A DNA stretch of 64,000 bases from Octopus vulgaris (lineage: Eukaryota), in NCBI GenBank assembly GCA_951406725.2, contig OX597822.1, positions 73,222,001-73,286,000 of the forward strand. Reading direction: 5' to 3'. The translations under genes and the position numbers were made by a program. Under the pieces are notes generated by a model. It made no database searches, was not told where the DNA came from, and was given only the letters and a program-made list of their open reading frames with translations. Below, piece by piece: positions 40,581-53,480 of this stretch (the first letter of the stretch is position 1; every line of letters begins with the position of its first letter).

Positions 40581-41118
40581 TTCATTAACCTCAATCTTAT
40601 TTTCTCCCGCTTGTTCTTCTTTCCATTCTTCAAAATCTTAATTCCCTTATTTTCCATGTTCCAATTCTTTTTCTTCTGCTTCCTATTTCTGTACTTATTT
40701 TTATTGTTTTTCCTCTACATCTTTTTCGTCTCGCTACTTTTATTTTCCTTAGTCTCTACTGTTATTGTTGTTGTTGTTGGTGGTGGTGGTGCTGTTGTTG
40801 TTGTTGCTGTCGGTGTTGATTTTGTCTTGTACTCGTGCTTGTTATCGTTATTATATGCAAAAGTTATTAAAACAGTTCCCAAAACAATTGGTCTCTTACT
40901 ATTTTTGGCAAAATTGTTGGGGCGTCAGACAAAATGCTAAGCGGCATTTGTTCCGGATTGGTTCTGAGTTCAAACACTACTGATGTCGATATTGCCGGCC
41001 AGTCTTTCGGGATTGACAAAATATTTGTCAATCAACTTCGATGTAAGTGACTTACCCCACTCCTAAAATTGCTGGCCTTGTGCCAAAATTTGAAGCCATA
41101 ATTCATTATTATTATTAC

Positions 41119-41175
<57 letters not shown>

Positions 41176-41186
41176 CATTATTATTA

Positions 41187-41238
<52 letters not shown>

Positions 41239-42133
41239 CATTATTATTATTATCATGTTGTTGTTGTTGTTGTTATTGAAATATGAATTAAGTACCAGGC
41301 AAAATTGGGTTGATATTATCGACTAATACCCCTACCCCCTCAAAAACCTCATAATTCAAAAATTATGCGTATTAATAGGCTTTACAAAATTTGGGTATCC
41401 ACTCCGTTTAAAATTGGGGTGAAAAAATGGTTTTTAGTCGGAATTTCTTTTTTATTTCATTTGTAAATATTGTCTTTTTCGTGTAATAGTTTAGCTTTTT
41501 CGTCTAGTGTTAAATTTCCTGAGAGATTTGAAAATATTTTCGAAATTCATGCAAACACGAACATAAAGTTTTAAAATAAATTACAAAACTTAAAACAAGC
41601 GAACGCAGACTTTTTTCTCTACACTGAAAATAAAATATATATAATTTTCACTAGCGGCATTCAACACCTAAGATGGCAGCAAAAACAATGTCTTTTGTAT
41701 GTATTGTCTATCAAAGAACATATTCTGAATTCAGATTAGATATGTCACGAATTCCTTTAGCCTCCTTACCCGAAAAGTTTTTCGACGAAAAAGTAAGGTA
41801 AGAAGAAAAACGATATACCTGTGTCGATCAAAAAGTGAAGGTACATTTCAAAGGAACGGTCAAAGGAAGCCTTGGTTGATTTATGAAATATTGTAATTTT
41901 CATCAAACAAGGAAGGGTGTATAAAAAGATAGTGGGTGTATATGCATATACATCCATTACCTATTGTTACGGTAAGAAGATTATGAGTATATTATTTACA
42001 TTTGACGGATATTTGTCCTCATTTTGTTTGTTCTTAACTCAACGTTTCGGCTGATATACTCTCCAGCCTTTATCAGGAGTCTTGGGGAAATTTCGAACCT
42101 AGGTTCTCATTCCTTAGGTATTTATCGATGTTG

Positions 42134-42197
<64 letters not shown>

Positions 42198-42202
<5 letters not shown>

Positions 42203-42270
42203 TTACTGCCTGGAATCGAACTCGGAATCTTGGGGTTAGTAGCCTGCGCTCTTAACCATTATGCCATATG
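42198..42270 (-). ncRNA. tRNA-derived Pol III head (not a bona fide tRNA)
   Basis: Minus strand: TGGCATAATGG (A box), TTAAGAGCGCAGGCTACTAACCCC, GAGTTCGATTCC (B box). No convincing acceptor stem. Confidence 0.7.
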
Positions 42271-42276
42271 CCCCAA

Positions 42277-42322
42277 GACACCTGATGAACGCTGAAGAGT
42301 ATATCAGCCGAAACGTCGTGTT
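42277..42322 (+). ncRNA. Minimal type-I hammerhead ribozyme motif
   Basis: GACAC-CTGATGA-ac-GCTGA agagtata TCAGC-c-GAAA-CG-TC-GTGTT: 5-bp stem I, intact core, GTC triplet at 42315-42317. Confidence 0.8.
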
Positions 42323-44025
42323 AACAACAAACAAGATGACGACAAATATCAGTCAAATGTAAATAATGTAAATAATGCACATAATTCCTCATCTCTTAAA
42401 TATAGAACGACATTATCAGTGTTAGTGATTTTTTAATCATTACCACCTTTGTGGTGCATGAGATCTACCGTGCCGCAGTTAACAAACTTTGGTCGTGTGG
42501 AATATGCATGAATATTCAAAATCTGACGATCAACGAAAACCACAAAGGCATTCCGGAGCTTTATTCCAGGACGAAACATGATATGACAGTTATGCAGGTG
42601 ACAGTAAGAAATACTAATACTTATTGAGTTTCTGCCCTAGTGGTCTGGAGAGGCAGGCGAGAAAAACTAGTAAGAGTGTATGAAGCAGACCCAATTGAAT
42701 CAACGAGTGGAGCTAATCGGATCAACAAGCAGGACACAAAAACTGCTGCTTCGAGAAAATCACTCCGAAAATAATTGAAATAGTTCACATTTTCATCACT
42801 TTCAGCAACTAACTGCAAGTTATTGATGACGCAAATAATAGTTTGGAATCTCTATCCTATCTAAGATTAAGAAACCATGCTCAATCTTATATATATTTAC
42901 CTTTTATTTGTTTCAGTCATATATATGTATATATATATATATAACATTTCAGTACCGGTTTCAGTCATTGAGACTCTTTCAACTGTAAGTATGGAAAACA
43001 ATTAAATTTTGTAATTTTTAAAAGAAAAGTTTTTAAAAAGAATATTTGCATAGTATTCAAATACCAGGGGGTATTTTCCTTGTTTCTGCCTGTCTCTGTC
43101 TCTCTTGTTTACTCTTGTGGGTTGGAGGTCGTTGTGAATTCTTGGCAGGGAAGAAGAAGAAGAAGAAGAAGAAGAAGAAGAAGAAGAAGAAGAAGAAGAA
43201 GAAGGGGAAAGAGAAGAGAGAATAATAAGGGATACATGTGGTATGAGAATAGTAGGATGTTAAATGGTCAAGTGACCTAAAAGTGATTCGTTGTGGATTA
43301 TAGCAATGATTCTTTCACCACAACTTTCTCCCACTCTTTCTTCTTGTTTCTGTTGTACCTGTATTTCAAAGAGACCAGCCTTGTTACACTCTGTGTCACG
43401 CTGAACCTTCCCGAGAACTACGTTAAGGGTACACATGTCTCTGGGGTGCTCAGCCACTTGCACGTTGATTTCACGAGCAGGCTGTTCCCGTTGATTGGAT
43501 CAACTGGAACACTCGTCGTCGTAACCGACGGTTGGAAACGGTCATGCTGGTGGCGGAAGGCTGCAGTTTTTGCTGGATCTGCTGTTGTGCTGATGATGTT
43601 GCAAAGAAAACGATCGCAGTCATTGCAGCAATCGATGTCAATATCGTTACTGCTGATGGTATTCTTCCTCATTGACTGTTTTCCATGATGATGATGATGT
43701 TGTTAATGATGATGATGATAATTAATGATGACGATGAGGAAGGGGTGAAGGAGGAGGACGTGAATCATCATTCACTTGTTGCCCTTGCTATAGTTATATT
43801 GTTATCATTTCCTTCATCATCATCGTCATCATCGTTATCAACATCCACATCATCGTCATTATCATCGTCAGCATCATCATCATTATCATCACCATCATTA
43901 TCATCATCATCAGCATCATCATCGTCAGCAGCATCCTCCTCCTCCTCCTCATCATCATCATCATCATCATCATCACCGTTGTCATTTGCGCAACTACGCT
44001 TGTTCTTATTTGCCGCTGCACTATT

Positions 44026-44067
<42 letters not shown>

Positions 44068-44493
44068 AATCTATGATAGATCTCTCAGTTTTGCGCTTCG
44101 TGTTATTTCTGTAAGTTTTTTTTTTTTTAAATGGGGCTGTTTCTTTTTCCTTTGTTTCGATTTTCTTTCCCCGTTTCATTTCACTTTTACTTTTCTGAAA
44201 CTGTTGCTGTTGTTGCTGTTGTTGTTGTTGTTGATGTTGCTGTGCTGTGGACGTTTTGTTGTTGTTGTTGTTGTTGCTGTTTTGTTTTGTTTTATTTATC
44301 GTTGCATGTTCCTAATTCAAACTTCAGACTGCTGACCCAACTGCATCCATTTCGGGGTCAAAGTAGAAATATCAATTATCACACCACCCGCCATTAGCGT
44401 CGCCTTCATCGCCGCTTCGATCTATAATATGTAGCCAGAGTAGATCGGTTGATTGCGGGGTATATGAAACTATACCCGCCAAATGGACAGAGA

Positions 44494-44551
<58 letters not shown>

Positions 44552-44795
44552 CTCTCTCTCTCTCTCCTCCCTGTAATATATATATATGTGTGTTTGTATG
44601 TGTGTGTGTGTGTGCGTGCGTATGTATATACGTATATATGCGTGTGCATGTGTGTGTATGTGTATACACACAAGCATGCATATATACATACATGCATACA
44701 TTCACTTATATGTATACATATGTATGTATATATATATATATGAAAACGCATGTATATACATGTGTGTGCATGTAAGTGTGTTTGTGTACTTGTGT

Positions 44796-44838
<43 letters not shown>

Positions 44839-45404
44839 TGTATATATCTGAGGTAATAAGACATAGCTGTCATTGCATCATAGCATTCATATACATGCGT
44901 ATATGTTTGACTGCATATATCATACATACATACATGCGTACATAAATATCTATAGACAGGCAATGAGACACATAAATAATAAACTAATTCATTGAGTTGT
45001 GGTGAGGATAGAAAGTTGAATCAATATCAGTGAGTTTATAACTTGATAATTAATAAAGCAACACAGATATCTTCGTTGTAAATTTAATGCATTTCAGAGA
45101 GGAAACTCAATAATTTCTGAAGTCGTGAAAAAGTGATGGAAGCTAATCAGTTACGACTGATTCTCGAAATAAAAGATTTTCTGGGGGGTTTTTTTGTGGG
45201 CGGGGTGTCTAGGGCATTAGGATTTATAAGGTCGATTGCCTGGTTTCCATAGCATATAAGTCACTCAGATCACATTTCCCTGATATTAAAATAAAGGAGC
45301 TTCAGCGACATCAAGGGCGGGGGATAGAGGGAGTTGGCAATGATCATTTATATCATCCTTGTTTTTTAAATTGTTGTTATTGTTGGCATCCTTTTGTTGT
45401 TGTT

Positions 45405-45740
45405 GGCATCCTTCATCATCATCGTCATCATCATCCAGTTTCCTCTCCAGTTTTGCGCAGGCCTGGGCTAGATGTAAGAAAATCCTGGGTAGCCCAGTCG
45501 TCAGGATTCCTCTCTCGACTTTGCTGACGTAGTCCAAAGGAGGAGTGCAGAGCATTACGTTTGGCACCAACTTGATTGCTGGAGCTGCCGGAAAAGTGTC
45601 GAGGCGAACACTAAACTGCTTACGGGGCTCCACTCCGGATTTCTTTGAAGGATGTCTCCTTTCCGTAACCTTGGATAGGTGGCCATACTGAGTCCGGGAC
45701 TCGTGTCAAGCAGGGTCGTCACTCCCTGAAGTAGTGAAGA
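45405..45740 (-). mobile_element. GC-rich short retroelement resembling an RTE-clade 5' UTR with a (GAT)n tail
   Basis: Minus strand AAATCCGGAGTGGAGCCCC...TGGTGCCAAACGTAATGCTCTGC...CCCAGGCCTGCGC..CTGGAGAGG then GATGATGAC.... The similarity to RTE 5' UTRs is recalled, not searched. Confidence 0.5.
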
Positions 45741-47869
45741 AAATCGCTACCCACTACCTATTTTTTTTTTTTTAATAACAAGTACGTAAAGGGAAATATT
45801 CAACTTGCTACAAGAGGCAAGAAACACTCCTGGAAATCACACCATGCTGTCTTAGAAACAAAATGCTACATAAGAATAAATGATATGACATCTCCTTCAC
45901 TTAGAACAGAAGAAAGTAAAAATAAGGTTTTTCAGCAGGTGAGTAATTCAGTGGATGCATCTCATACATGGAGGGGTGTGCAGCAAAGAAGCATTCCAGT
46001 GCTTCCTCTTTACTTACCTGTGCAACTGGGTCAATATCAATACATTTCTGCCTTCCATGGGAAGATTTGAACTAATAACCAGCTAATAAACTTTCATTGG
46101 CCTCATGCATACAAATAATCTATTGACAAAGGGTCGGCAGAGTTCACTGGTGCAATCTCTTCTTTCAGTAAAAAGTCGACCGTTTAAAGGGTTACCAGGC
46201 TCTAAATTAACATTACTTATGGCAATGAAGAAGGCCTAAATGAAATTAATGTCTCACATTGCAGTGCCATGACAATATTGATAAGAATAAATGATATGAC
46301 AGCTCCATCACTTAGAACGGAGAACCACATATCCAGCAACGACAATTTCTATAAAATAATACACACAGGGCAATGAATGCGACATTAAACTGAAGATTAA
46401 ATCAGGGCAACGCTGATTTGACAATCAGGACAACGCTTACAGTGACTGAAGCATCTGTAACACTCCTTTCACATATAGACCTTTGATAAAAAAAGAGATT
46501 TTCTACCAAGTGACTATGAAGTTAATTTGAAACTTTAATATGTATTAAAGGATGTAGAAACAGCCAAGACATTATAACACCGAACTAGACACTTTACCGC
46601 AACAAAATCGTTTTTTATGCATCGTATGTTCATATTGCTGAAATCAGCTTTGTCTCTCATCAATGTCTGGCTGATGGAATGAGTACAAGAAATACAGGAA
46701 TGTAGAAGTAACCGATTGCTTTTTCTACATGGTTACAAAAGCATTGTTTGGTGAAAATGAAATCAGTTACTGTTGCTACTCCTTCTGTTGTTGTTCTTGT
46801 TCTTGTAGTTGTTTAGTTACTTGTCAGACTTGATTGAACAACATTATGATCAAAGTGGCTCCAGAGATGACTTCTTAGTCATTTATCTTGAATAACATTA
46901 CAGAACGTAGCCTTTACTTTCTCATGACGATAGAATGTAATATGATGGAAATTTTGTTCTTTCTAATATGTTGAGTGACTACGTAGGCGCCACCTTGTCA
47001 AAAAAAATTTAATAAAATTACTGTTGTGGTGGTGGTGGTGGGCTATTACCGTCGAGAAAGAATATAAACTGTTGATAAACAGAGACGACGGAGAGGTTTC
47101 AATTCATAATTGGAGTCATTTAACCTCATTTTCGTTGTTTGCTAATGTCCTTAAGGAAAAAGAATTTGCTGTATGACTTCCAGTTTTCCAATGCGCTCAA
47201 GTTTAAGGCATTTTAAATCAATCAATGATATCGAAAGGTTATAAGTAAGTCCCTAGACAGCCGATCTGCAACACTATTTCAGCTACCGGCAGATAAGATA
47301 TTTCAAAACTGAGATGGAGATCTCTTTCAATTCTCAGTTTCTGCGGCATTACTTTCAAAATTGAGATATTTCAGAAGCAATGAAATACAGTTTTAAAACA
47401 AACCACAAAGAAAAAAATAGCGCAGAAAACAGTCATTGACGTCAATAAGCAGATTGCGATCGTTAAATGGTTACCTTTAGCCTAATTCTTTCTTTTTTTT
47501 TAAGCAAAGATAACTAGCGATGGTCCAAATCGGTAAAAATCAATACAAGTAAGAAATACTTCCAAAGCGAAAGAACTTATCTCACCTTACACCACAAAGG
47601 ATTTTCTTAGTTTATGAATTTTGTTTTTCTTTTTGTGATATATGATGCATAAAACTAAACAAAGTATGATAAAAAGAACAAAAACAGGCAGAAGACAGAC
47701 AAACAGACAGACAGAGTACTATGTTACATGAGACATATGTTATACGATACATATAAACGAAGCGGGATAATAGGAAGAAAGTGAAATAAAGACTCATGGA
47801 GAGAGAGAGAGACATTTGTTATTAAATAGTCCACTGCAGGATATTGATATTATGATTAATCTTTAATAA

Positions 47870-49560
47870 TAATTCTTTCTAATTTTGACATGAGATCAGT
47901 ATTTTGAGTGAAGGCGAAGTCGATTACATCTTCTACAGCGCGGAAATAGTGCTTATTTTATCGACTCCGAAAGGATGAAAGGCAAAATCAAACCTTGGCA
48001 ATTTTGAACTCGGGATCTAAAATCCGGAAGGAATCCTAATCATTTTGCCCGGCGATGTTACAGTTCTGCCAGTTCACTGCTTAACAATAGCTATTAACAA
48101 TGTGAAGCTTAGGGCGGCCAGCTGGCAGAATCGTTAGCGCGCTGGACGAAATGCTTAGAGGTATTTCGCCCATCGCTACGTTCTGAGTTCAAATTCCGCC
48201 GAGGTCGACTTTGCCTTTCATCCTTTCGGGATCGATTAAATAAGTACCAGTTACGCACTGGGGTCGATATAATCGACTTAATCCGTTTGTCTGTCCTTGT
48301 TTGTCCTCTTTGTTTAGCCCCTTGTGGGTAGTATAGAAATAGGTATTTCGTCAGTCTACGTCAGTGGTTCTCAACCTGTGGCCAGCGTATCCCTGCGGGT
48401 CCGTGAACATGGTAAGCTGACAGACATTTTAATATTCTTGGGTACGTGGGAAAGCTCATTTAAATAAAAGGGGTTCCTTGGTAGTCAAAACATTGGGAAC
48501 CACTGGTCTACGTTCTGAGTGCAAATTCCGCCAAGGTCGACTTTGCGATTCATCCTCCCATGTTCGTTAAAATAAGTCCCAGTTCATCGACTTTCTCTCT
48601 CACCGGAAATTGCTGGCCTTCTACCAAAATTTTAAATCAAAAAATGAATTCAAATACCACCATGGTCGACATTGACTTTCATCTTCTCGGGATCATTTGT
48701 CCCCACCCACCTACACAATTGCTGGCCTCGTACCAAAATTTGTAATAGTTAATAATCCTTTCTACTATAGGCTCAAGGCCTGGAATTTTGGGGGAGAGGA
48801 TAAGTTGGTTACATAGACCGCAGTACGCAACTGGTACTTAATTTATCGATCCCGAAATGATGAAAGGTAAAGTCGACCTCGGTGGAATTTGAACTCAGAC
48901 CATAAGGACGGACAAAATAGCTCTGAGCATTTTGGCCGGCGTCCTAACGTTTCTTATTTCTTTATTGCCCACAAGGGGCTAAACATAGAGGGGACAAACA
49001 AAGGGATTAAGTCGATTACATCAACCCCAGTGCGTAACTGGTACTTAATTAATCGACCGCGAAAAGATGAAAGGCAAAGTCGACCTCGGCGGAATTTGAA
49101 CTCAGAACGTAACGGCAGACGAAATACCTACCGCTAAGAATTTCGCCCGGCATGCTAACGTTTCTTATTTCTTTATTGCTCACAAGGAGCTAAACATAGA
49201 GGGGACAAATAAAGACAGACAAACGGATTAAGTCGATTATATCGACCCCAGTGATGTAACGGGTACTTATTTAATCGACCCCGAAAGGATGAAAGGCAAA
49301 GTCGACCTCGGCGGAATTTGAACTCAGAACGTAGCGGCAGACGAAATACCGCTAGGCATTTCGCCCGGCGTGCTAACGTTTCTGCCAGCTCGCTGCCTTG
49401 TTTGTAAAGATTAACAATGTGAAGTTAAAGGCGGCGAGCTGAAAGAATTGTTATCGCGCCGGACAAAATGCTTGACGGCATTTCTTCCGGCTCTTACTGT
49501 CTGAGTTCAAATACTGCAACACCGACTTTGCCGTCATTCGATCGATATCAACGACTAGCT
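47870..49560. mobile_element. Dense cluster of family B SINEs in both orientations
   Basis: Plus copies ~48113-48345, 48341-48640 and 49429-49540. Minus copies ~47900-48080, 48755-48950, 48952-49160 and 49162-49398. Confidence 0.85.
48362..48505. mobile_element. 144-bp hAT (Buster/MER5-like) MITE inserted in a family B SINE
   Basis: TIRs CAGTGGTTCTCAA / TTGGGAACCACTG. Perfect 8-bp TSD GTCTACGT at 48354-48361 and 48506-48513. Confidence 0.9.
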
Positions 49561-49603
49561 CTGAGGTCGATATTATCAACGAATTTCAAATTTTCTACAA
49601 ATA

Positions 49604-49975
49604 GGTGTAGGAGTGGCTGTGTGGTAATTAGCTTGCTTGCCAACCACATGGTTCTAGGTTCAGTCCCAATACGTGGCACCTTGGACAAGTGTCTTCTACT
49701 ATAGCCTCGGGCCGACCAAAGCCTTGTCAGTGGATTTGGTAGACGAAAACTGAAAGAAGCCCGTCGTATATATATGTGTGTGTGTCTGTGCTTGTCTCCC
49801 AATATCGCTTGACAACCGATGCTGGTGTGTTTACGTCCCCGTATCTTAGCGGTTCGGCAAAAGAGACCGATAGAATAAGTACTAGGCTTATAAAAAATAA
49901 GTCCTGGGGTCGATTTGTTCGATCGACTAAAGGCGGTGCTCCAGCATGGCCACAAGTAAAAGAGTAAAGAGAGTA
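49604..49975 (+). mobile_element. Full-length SINE family A
   Basis: Head GGTGTAGGAGTGGCTGTGTGG (A box), GGTTCAGTCCC (B box-like), CCTTGGACAAGT, a central TA/TG tract and an AAAAGAGT tail. Confidence 0.9.
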
Positions 49976-50269
49976 TATCAGAAAGAACAGATAATAATGT
50001 GAAATGAAATTGTTCCAGATGCAAGCAGAAAACTCAAGAATTTACCTAAATATTGCGATACCTACCAAGTGACATTATGACCAGCACCAAACAGATAGCT
50101 TACATTTATATTGCTCTGCCTATTTGTAGAGTACCAAAATATCTCATGTAGAAATTCTGAAGGCGTTTGATATGGTCGACAGAGAGTAAATTAGATTTTA
50201 TCAATAGTATACCGGTTTTGATCCCCGTTTCGACAGTTTTACTTCTTGGAGTATTATGAAAAATAAAAG

Positions 50270-50497
50270 AAATAATAAATGCACCCTTTTAAAGTCTAGC
50301 CAGGCTCATGGGCCCGGTTTCCCGGTTTCAATGGACGGGACGCCAGCGTTACTCATTTTTGCCAGCTGAGTGGACTGGAGCAACGTGAAATAAAGTGTTT
50401 TGCTCCAGAACACAACGCATCGGCCGGTACAGGAATCGAAACCACAATCTTACTATCATGATGCTGACACCCGAACTACTAAGCCACGCGTCTCCAC
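50270..50497 (-). mobile_element. tRNA-derived SINE related to family C
   Basis: Minus strand GTGGAGACGCGTGGCTTAGTAG...GGTTTCGATTCC...GCGTCCCGTCCA..GAAACCGGGAAACCGG; the tail module is shared with 30426-30720. Confidence 0.7.
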
Positions 50498-50595
50498 GGA
50501 GTATTATAAAAGTAGAAAGGAAAGGATAATTTATATACAAGCATACAGGCATACATCTATATACGTATGTGTACATATATGTGTGTTTACACTTT

Positions 50596-50626
<31 letters not shown>

Positions 50627-50814
50627 TTCTTTTTATTATCAGACGTGTATACTTCTGCTAGTATATGCGTGTTTGATTGTGTATGTGTGTGACTGATATG
50701 CATGCATAAACTTATATATTTATAAATTAACAGAAATTAATATATTTTCCGACAGTCATTAATTTCCGACCTCATTATTTGTTTGCGAAGGTGTGAGTTA
50801 ACGTTTATGATGTC

Positions 50815-50815
<1 letters not shown>

Positions 50816-50848
<33 letters not shown>

Positions 50849-50873
50849 CAGATAGACAGATAGACAGACAGAC

Positions 50874-50955
<82 letters not shown>
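50816..50955. repeat. (TAGA)n/(CAGA)n tetranucleotide microsatellite
   Basis: Directly visible. Confidence 0.95.
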
Positions 50956-51976
50956 GGGTAAGAGAGAAAGGGATGGTCGAGTGATGAATACTTGAAGGAG
51001 AGGAAGTAATATTTATAACTGCCCTTTCGTATCAGCAAAAACAATTACGACAGGTGTGTTATCATGTCGCCCCTAGTGGGTAATAAAGAAATACAGGTGT
51101 GTTATCATACAGATAAATACACACATACATTTTGTAAGTATATTCCTGTTGTAAAAACATCATATGTATGTCCGTGCATGTGAGAAAGAGAGAAAGAATG
51201 AGAGAGAGAGAGAAAGACATAGAGAGAAAGTAAGAGTACAATATTATAAGGTAAGATAAAAATTGAAAGAGAGAGGAGTAAAAGAGAAAAAGAGAGTAAT
51301 AAGAAAGAGAAGAAAAGAAAGAATTGACAGAAAAATTCATCAATACTCCAATACTGATTATTATCAATAGTGTATCTGATGTCGCTTTGGTGGCCCCACA
51401 ACCAAATCTATGTAATTACATGTGTGAGGTAATGATTGGCTTATTTACTTTGATATTTTGCATTACCCCCACCTCCACTACGACTATCTCTTTCCGTTTA
51501 TTCACTCGCTCTTTCATTCAGTCGTCTTCGCAACTGGTTTGTGTTTCCCTCTCACAACGCTGCTTTTCTAACGGTCATAGTTTTATATTCGTTGCACCAT
51601 TTTGGAAAGCAGCACCTCGACGACTGTGCTTCATACCCAGATAAAATTACCTCCACTAGAGCTGTTGGCGGGTGGCGTAGTAGATGTATTTACAGCACCG
51701 TTTAAAGTGATGGACAAAATGCCCTGTTCTATTGTGGTTCTTGATGTTCTTAGCTCGAATCCCAGCGAGGTCAACTTTGCCATTCATCCTTCTGGGTCCG
51801 ATGAAATAACGTATCAGACAAATACTGGGACGGATTAAGGGAGTACCCATCCACCCGCCAACTTATAAATGAGTGATTTTGTACCCGTTACATAAAAAAT
51901 AATAATCCATTTAATTCTTGACCACAACGATTTACATATACGTATACATGCATCAATTTTATAGGACGTGGCGGGA

Positions 51977-52179
51977 TTCTTTTAATTCTTTCAGTCATTT
52001 GACTGTGGCCATGCTGAAGCACCGCCTTTAGTCGAGCAAATCGACCCCAGGACCAATTCTTTGTAAGCCTAGTACTTATTCTATCGGTCACTTTTGCCGA
52101 ACCGCTAAGTTACGGGGACGTAAACACAACAGCATCGGTTGTCAAGCGATGTTGGAGGACAAACAGACACACAAATACG

Positions 52180-52212
<33 letters not shown>

Positions 52213-52382
52213 ATATATACGACGGGCTTCTTTCAGTTTCCGTCTACCAAATCCACTCACAAGGCTTTGATCTGCCCGAGGCTATAGACGAAGACACTTG
52301 CCCAAGGTGCCCCAAAGTGGGACTGAACCCGAAACCATGTGGTTCATAAGCAAGCTACTTACAACACAGCCACTCCTACGCC
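51977..52382 (-). mobile_element. Full-length SINE family A
   Basis: Reverse complement of the 49604-49975 family with a central (TA)n. Confidence 0.9.
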
Positions 52383-53364
52383 TATCATTGGTTGTTCTTT
52401 ATAAAAAAAAGGTTCTTTGGTTACTTCCCGTTCCTTTTGAAATTGTTCAACTCTAAACATGGCGATATTTTTCCGATAGTTGATGCGCCGAACTAGCAGA
52501 ATTGTTACCGCGCTACAAAAAAAAATTGCTTAACGGCGTTTCGTCTGTCTTTGCGTTCCGATTTCAAATTCCACCAAGGTTGACTTCGTCTTTTTTCTCT
52601 TCTGGGGCGATAAAATAAGTACCAGTTGAGTATTGGGGTTGATGTTATCGACTTACCCATACCCCCGAAATTGCTGGCCCTGTGCCAAAGTTTGACACTG
52701 TCAATTTTTTCCGATAGTTAAGGTGGCGAAGTACCATACAAAATGCTATTGAAGTATTTACTACAGCAAAGTCGATGAAATTAATTACCCTTCGCATATA
52801 CTGGTGTGGTGGTATCCGTTATAATCTCCTTTTCAAGAAGACGTGATTTATCTTGTGAAGGAATCAATATTTCAGAATTGATGACCATAGTGAAGAAAAG
52901 AATAAATTTCTGGGGAGTAAAAATCACAACTTGGTTTCGAATCTTATTAGAAACAGCTTCATTTTATTTATTTCATTTATATCACTAACGCCCTCGGGTA
53001 AGATATGAACGTTGTAATATTCCATTTTCTTCATTTCAGTTGCTAGAATATAGAATCTGTGAGTGTGTCTGCTTGGGGGAAAAAAAATCAATAGTTTCCT
53101 GTCATTGAGTCCAACGCACAACGGGAAAAAATATTTTATAGTAATTGTCATCCCATTTTATTTATTCAGTAACACAAGTAAACATTTTATCTCTTTTTAA
53201 TGAAGAATTCAACCTTAATGTTAAATTTTTCTTCCTCTTCCAGACTTAAAATTTTTTTTCCAGTATTTGAATATTGTACTCTACTATTTACTGACTGGGA
53301 GTATCTCTCGCTTCCTCAGTTTCTGGATTGGGTTATTTAAAATAATTCGTTTTCTGTTCTCCAA

Positions 53365-53412
<48 letters not shown>

Positions 53413-53441
53413 GTTTATATGTATGTATGCTTGTGTGTATG

Positions 53442-53469
<28 letters not shown>

Positions 53470-53480
<11 letters not shown>

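Larger units (their letters stand above)
41991..42367. mobile_element. Composite element: tRNA-like head, (AAT)n and hammerhead tail, with an inverted copy of the tail
   Basis: 97-bp inverted repeat 41991-42087/42271-42367, each arm carrying a minimal hammerhead. tRNA-like sequence on the minus strand at 42198-42270. Confidence 0.8.

Noticed and set aside
40019-40588. 189-aa Ser/Pro/Tyr-rich ORF
   Set aside because: Translation of compound trinucleotide microsatellites.
42198-42270. Functional tRNA gene (also the SINE heads at 30426, 33388 and 49604)
   Set aside because: A and B boxes are present, but the cloverleaf is incomplete and each head runs into repeat bodies.
42439-42774. Two short protein-like open frames on the plus strand
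   Set aside because: No recognisable domain and no convincing splice pairing.
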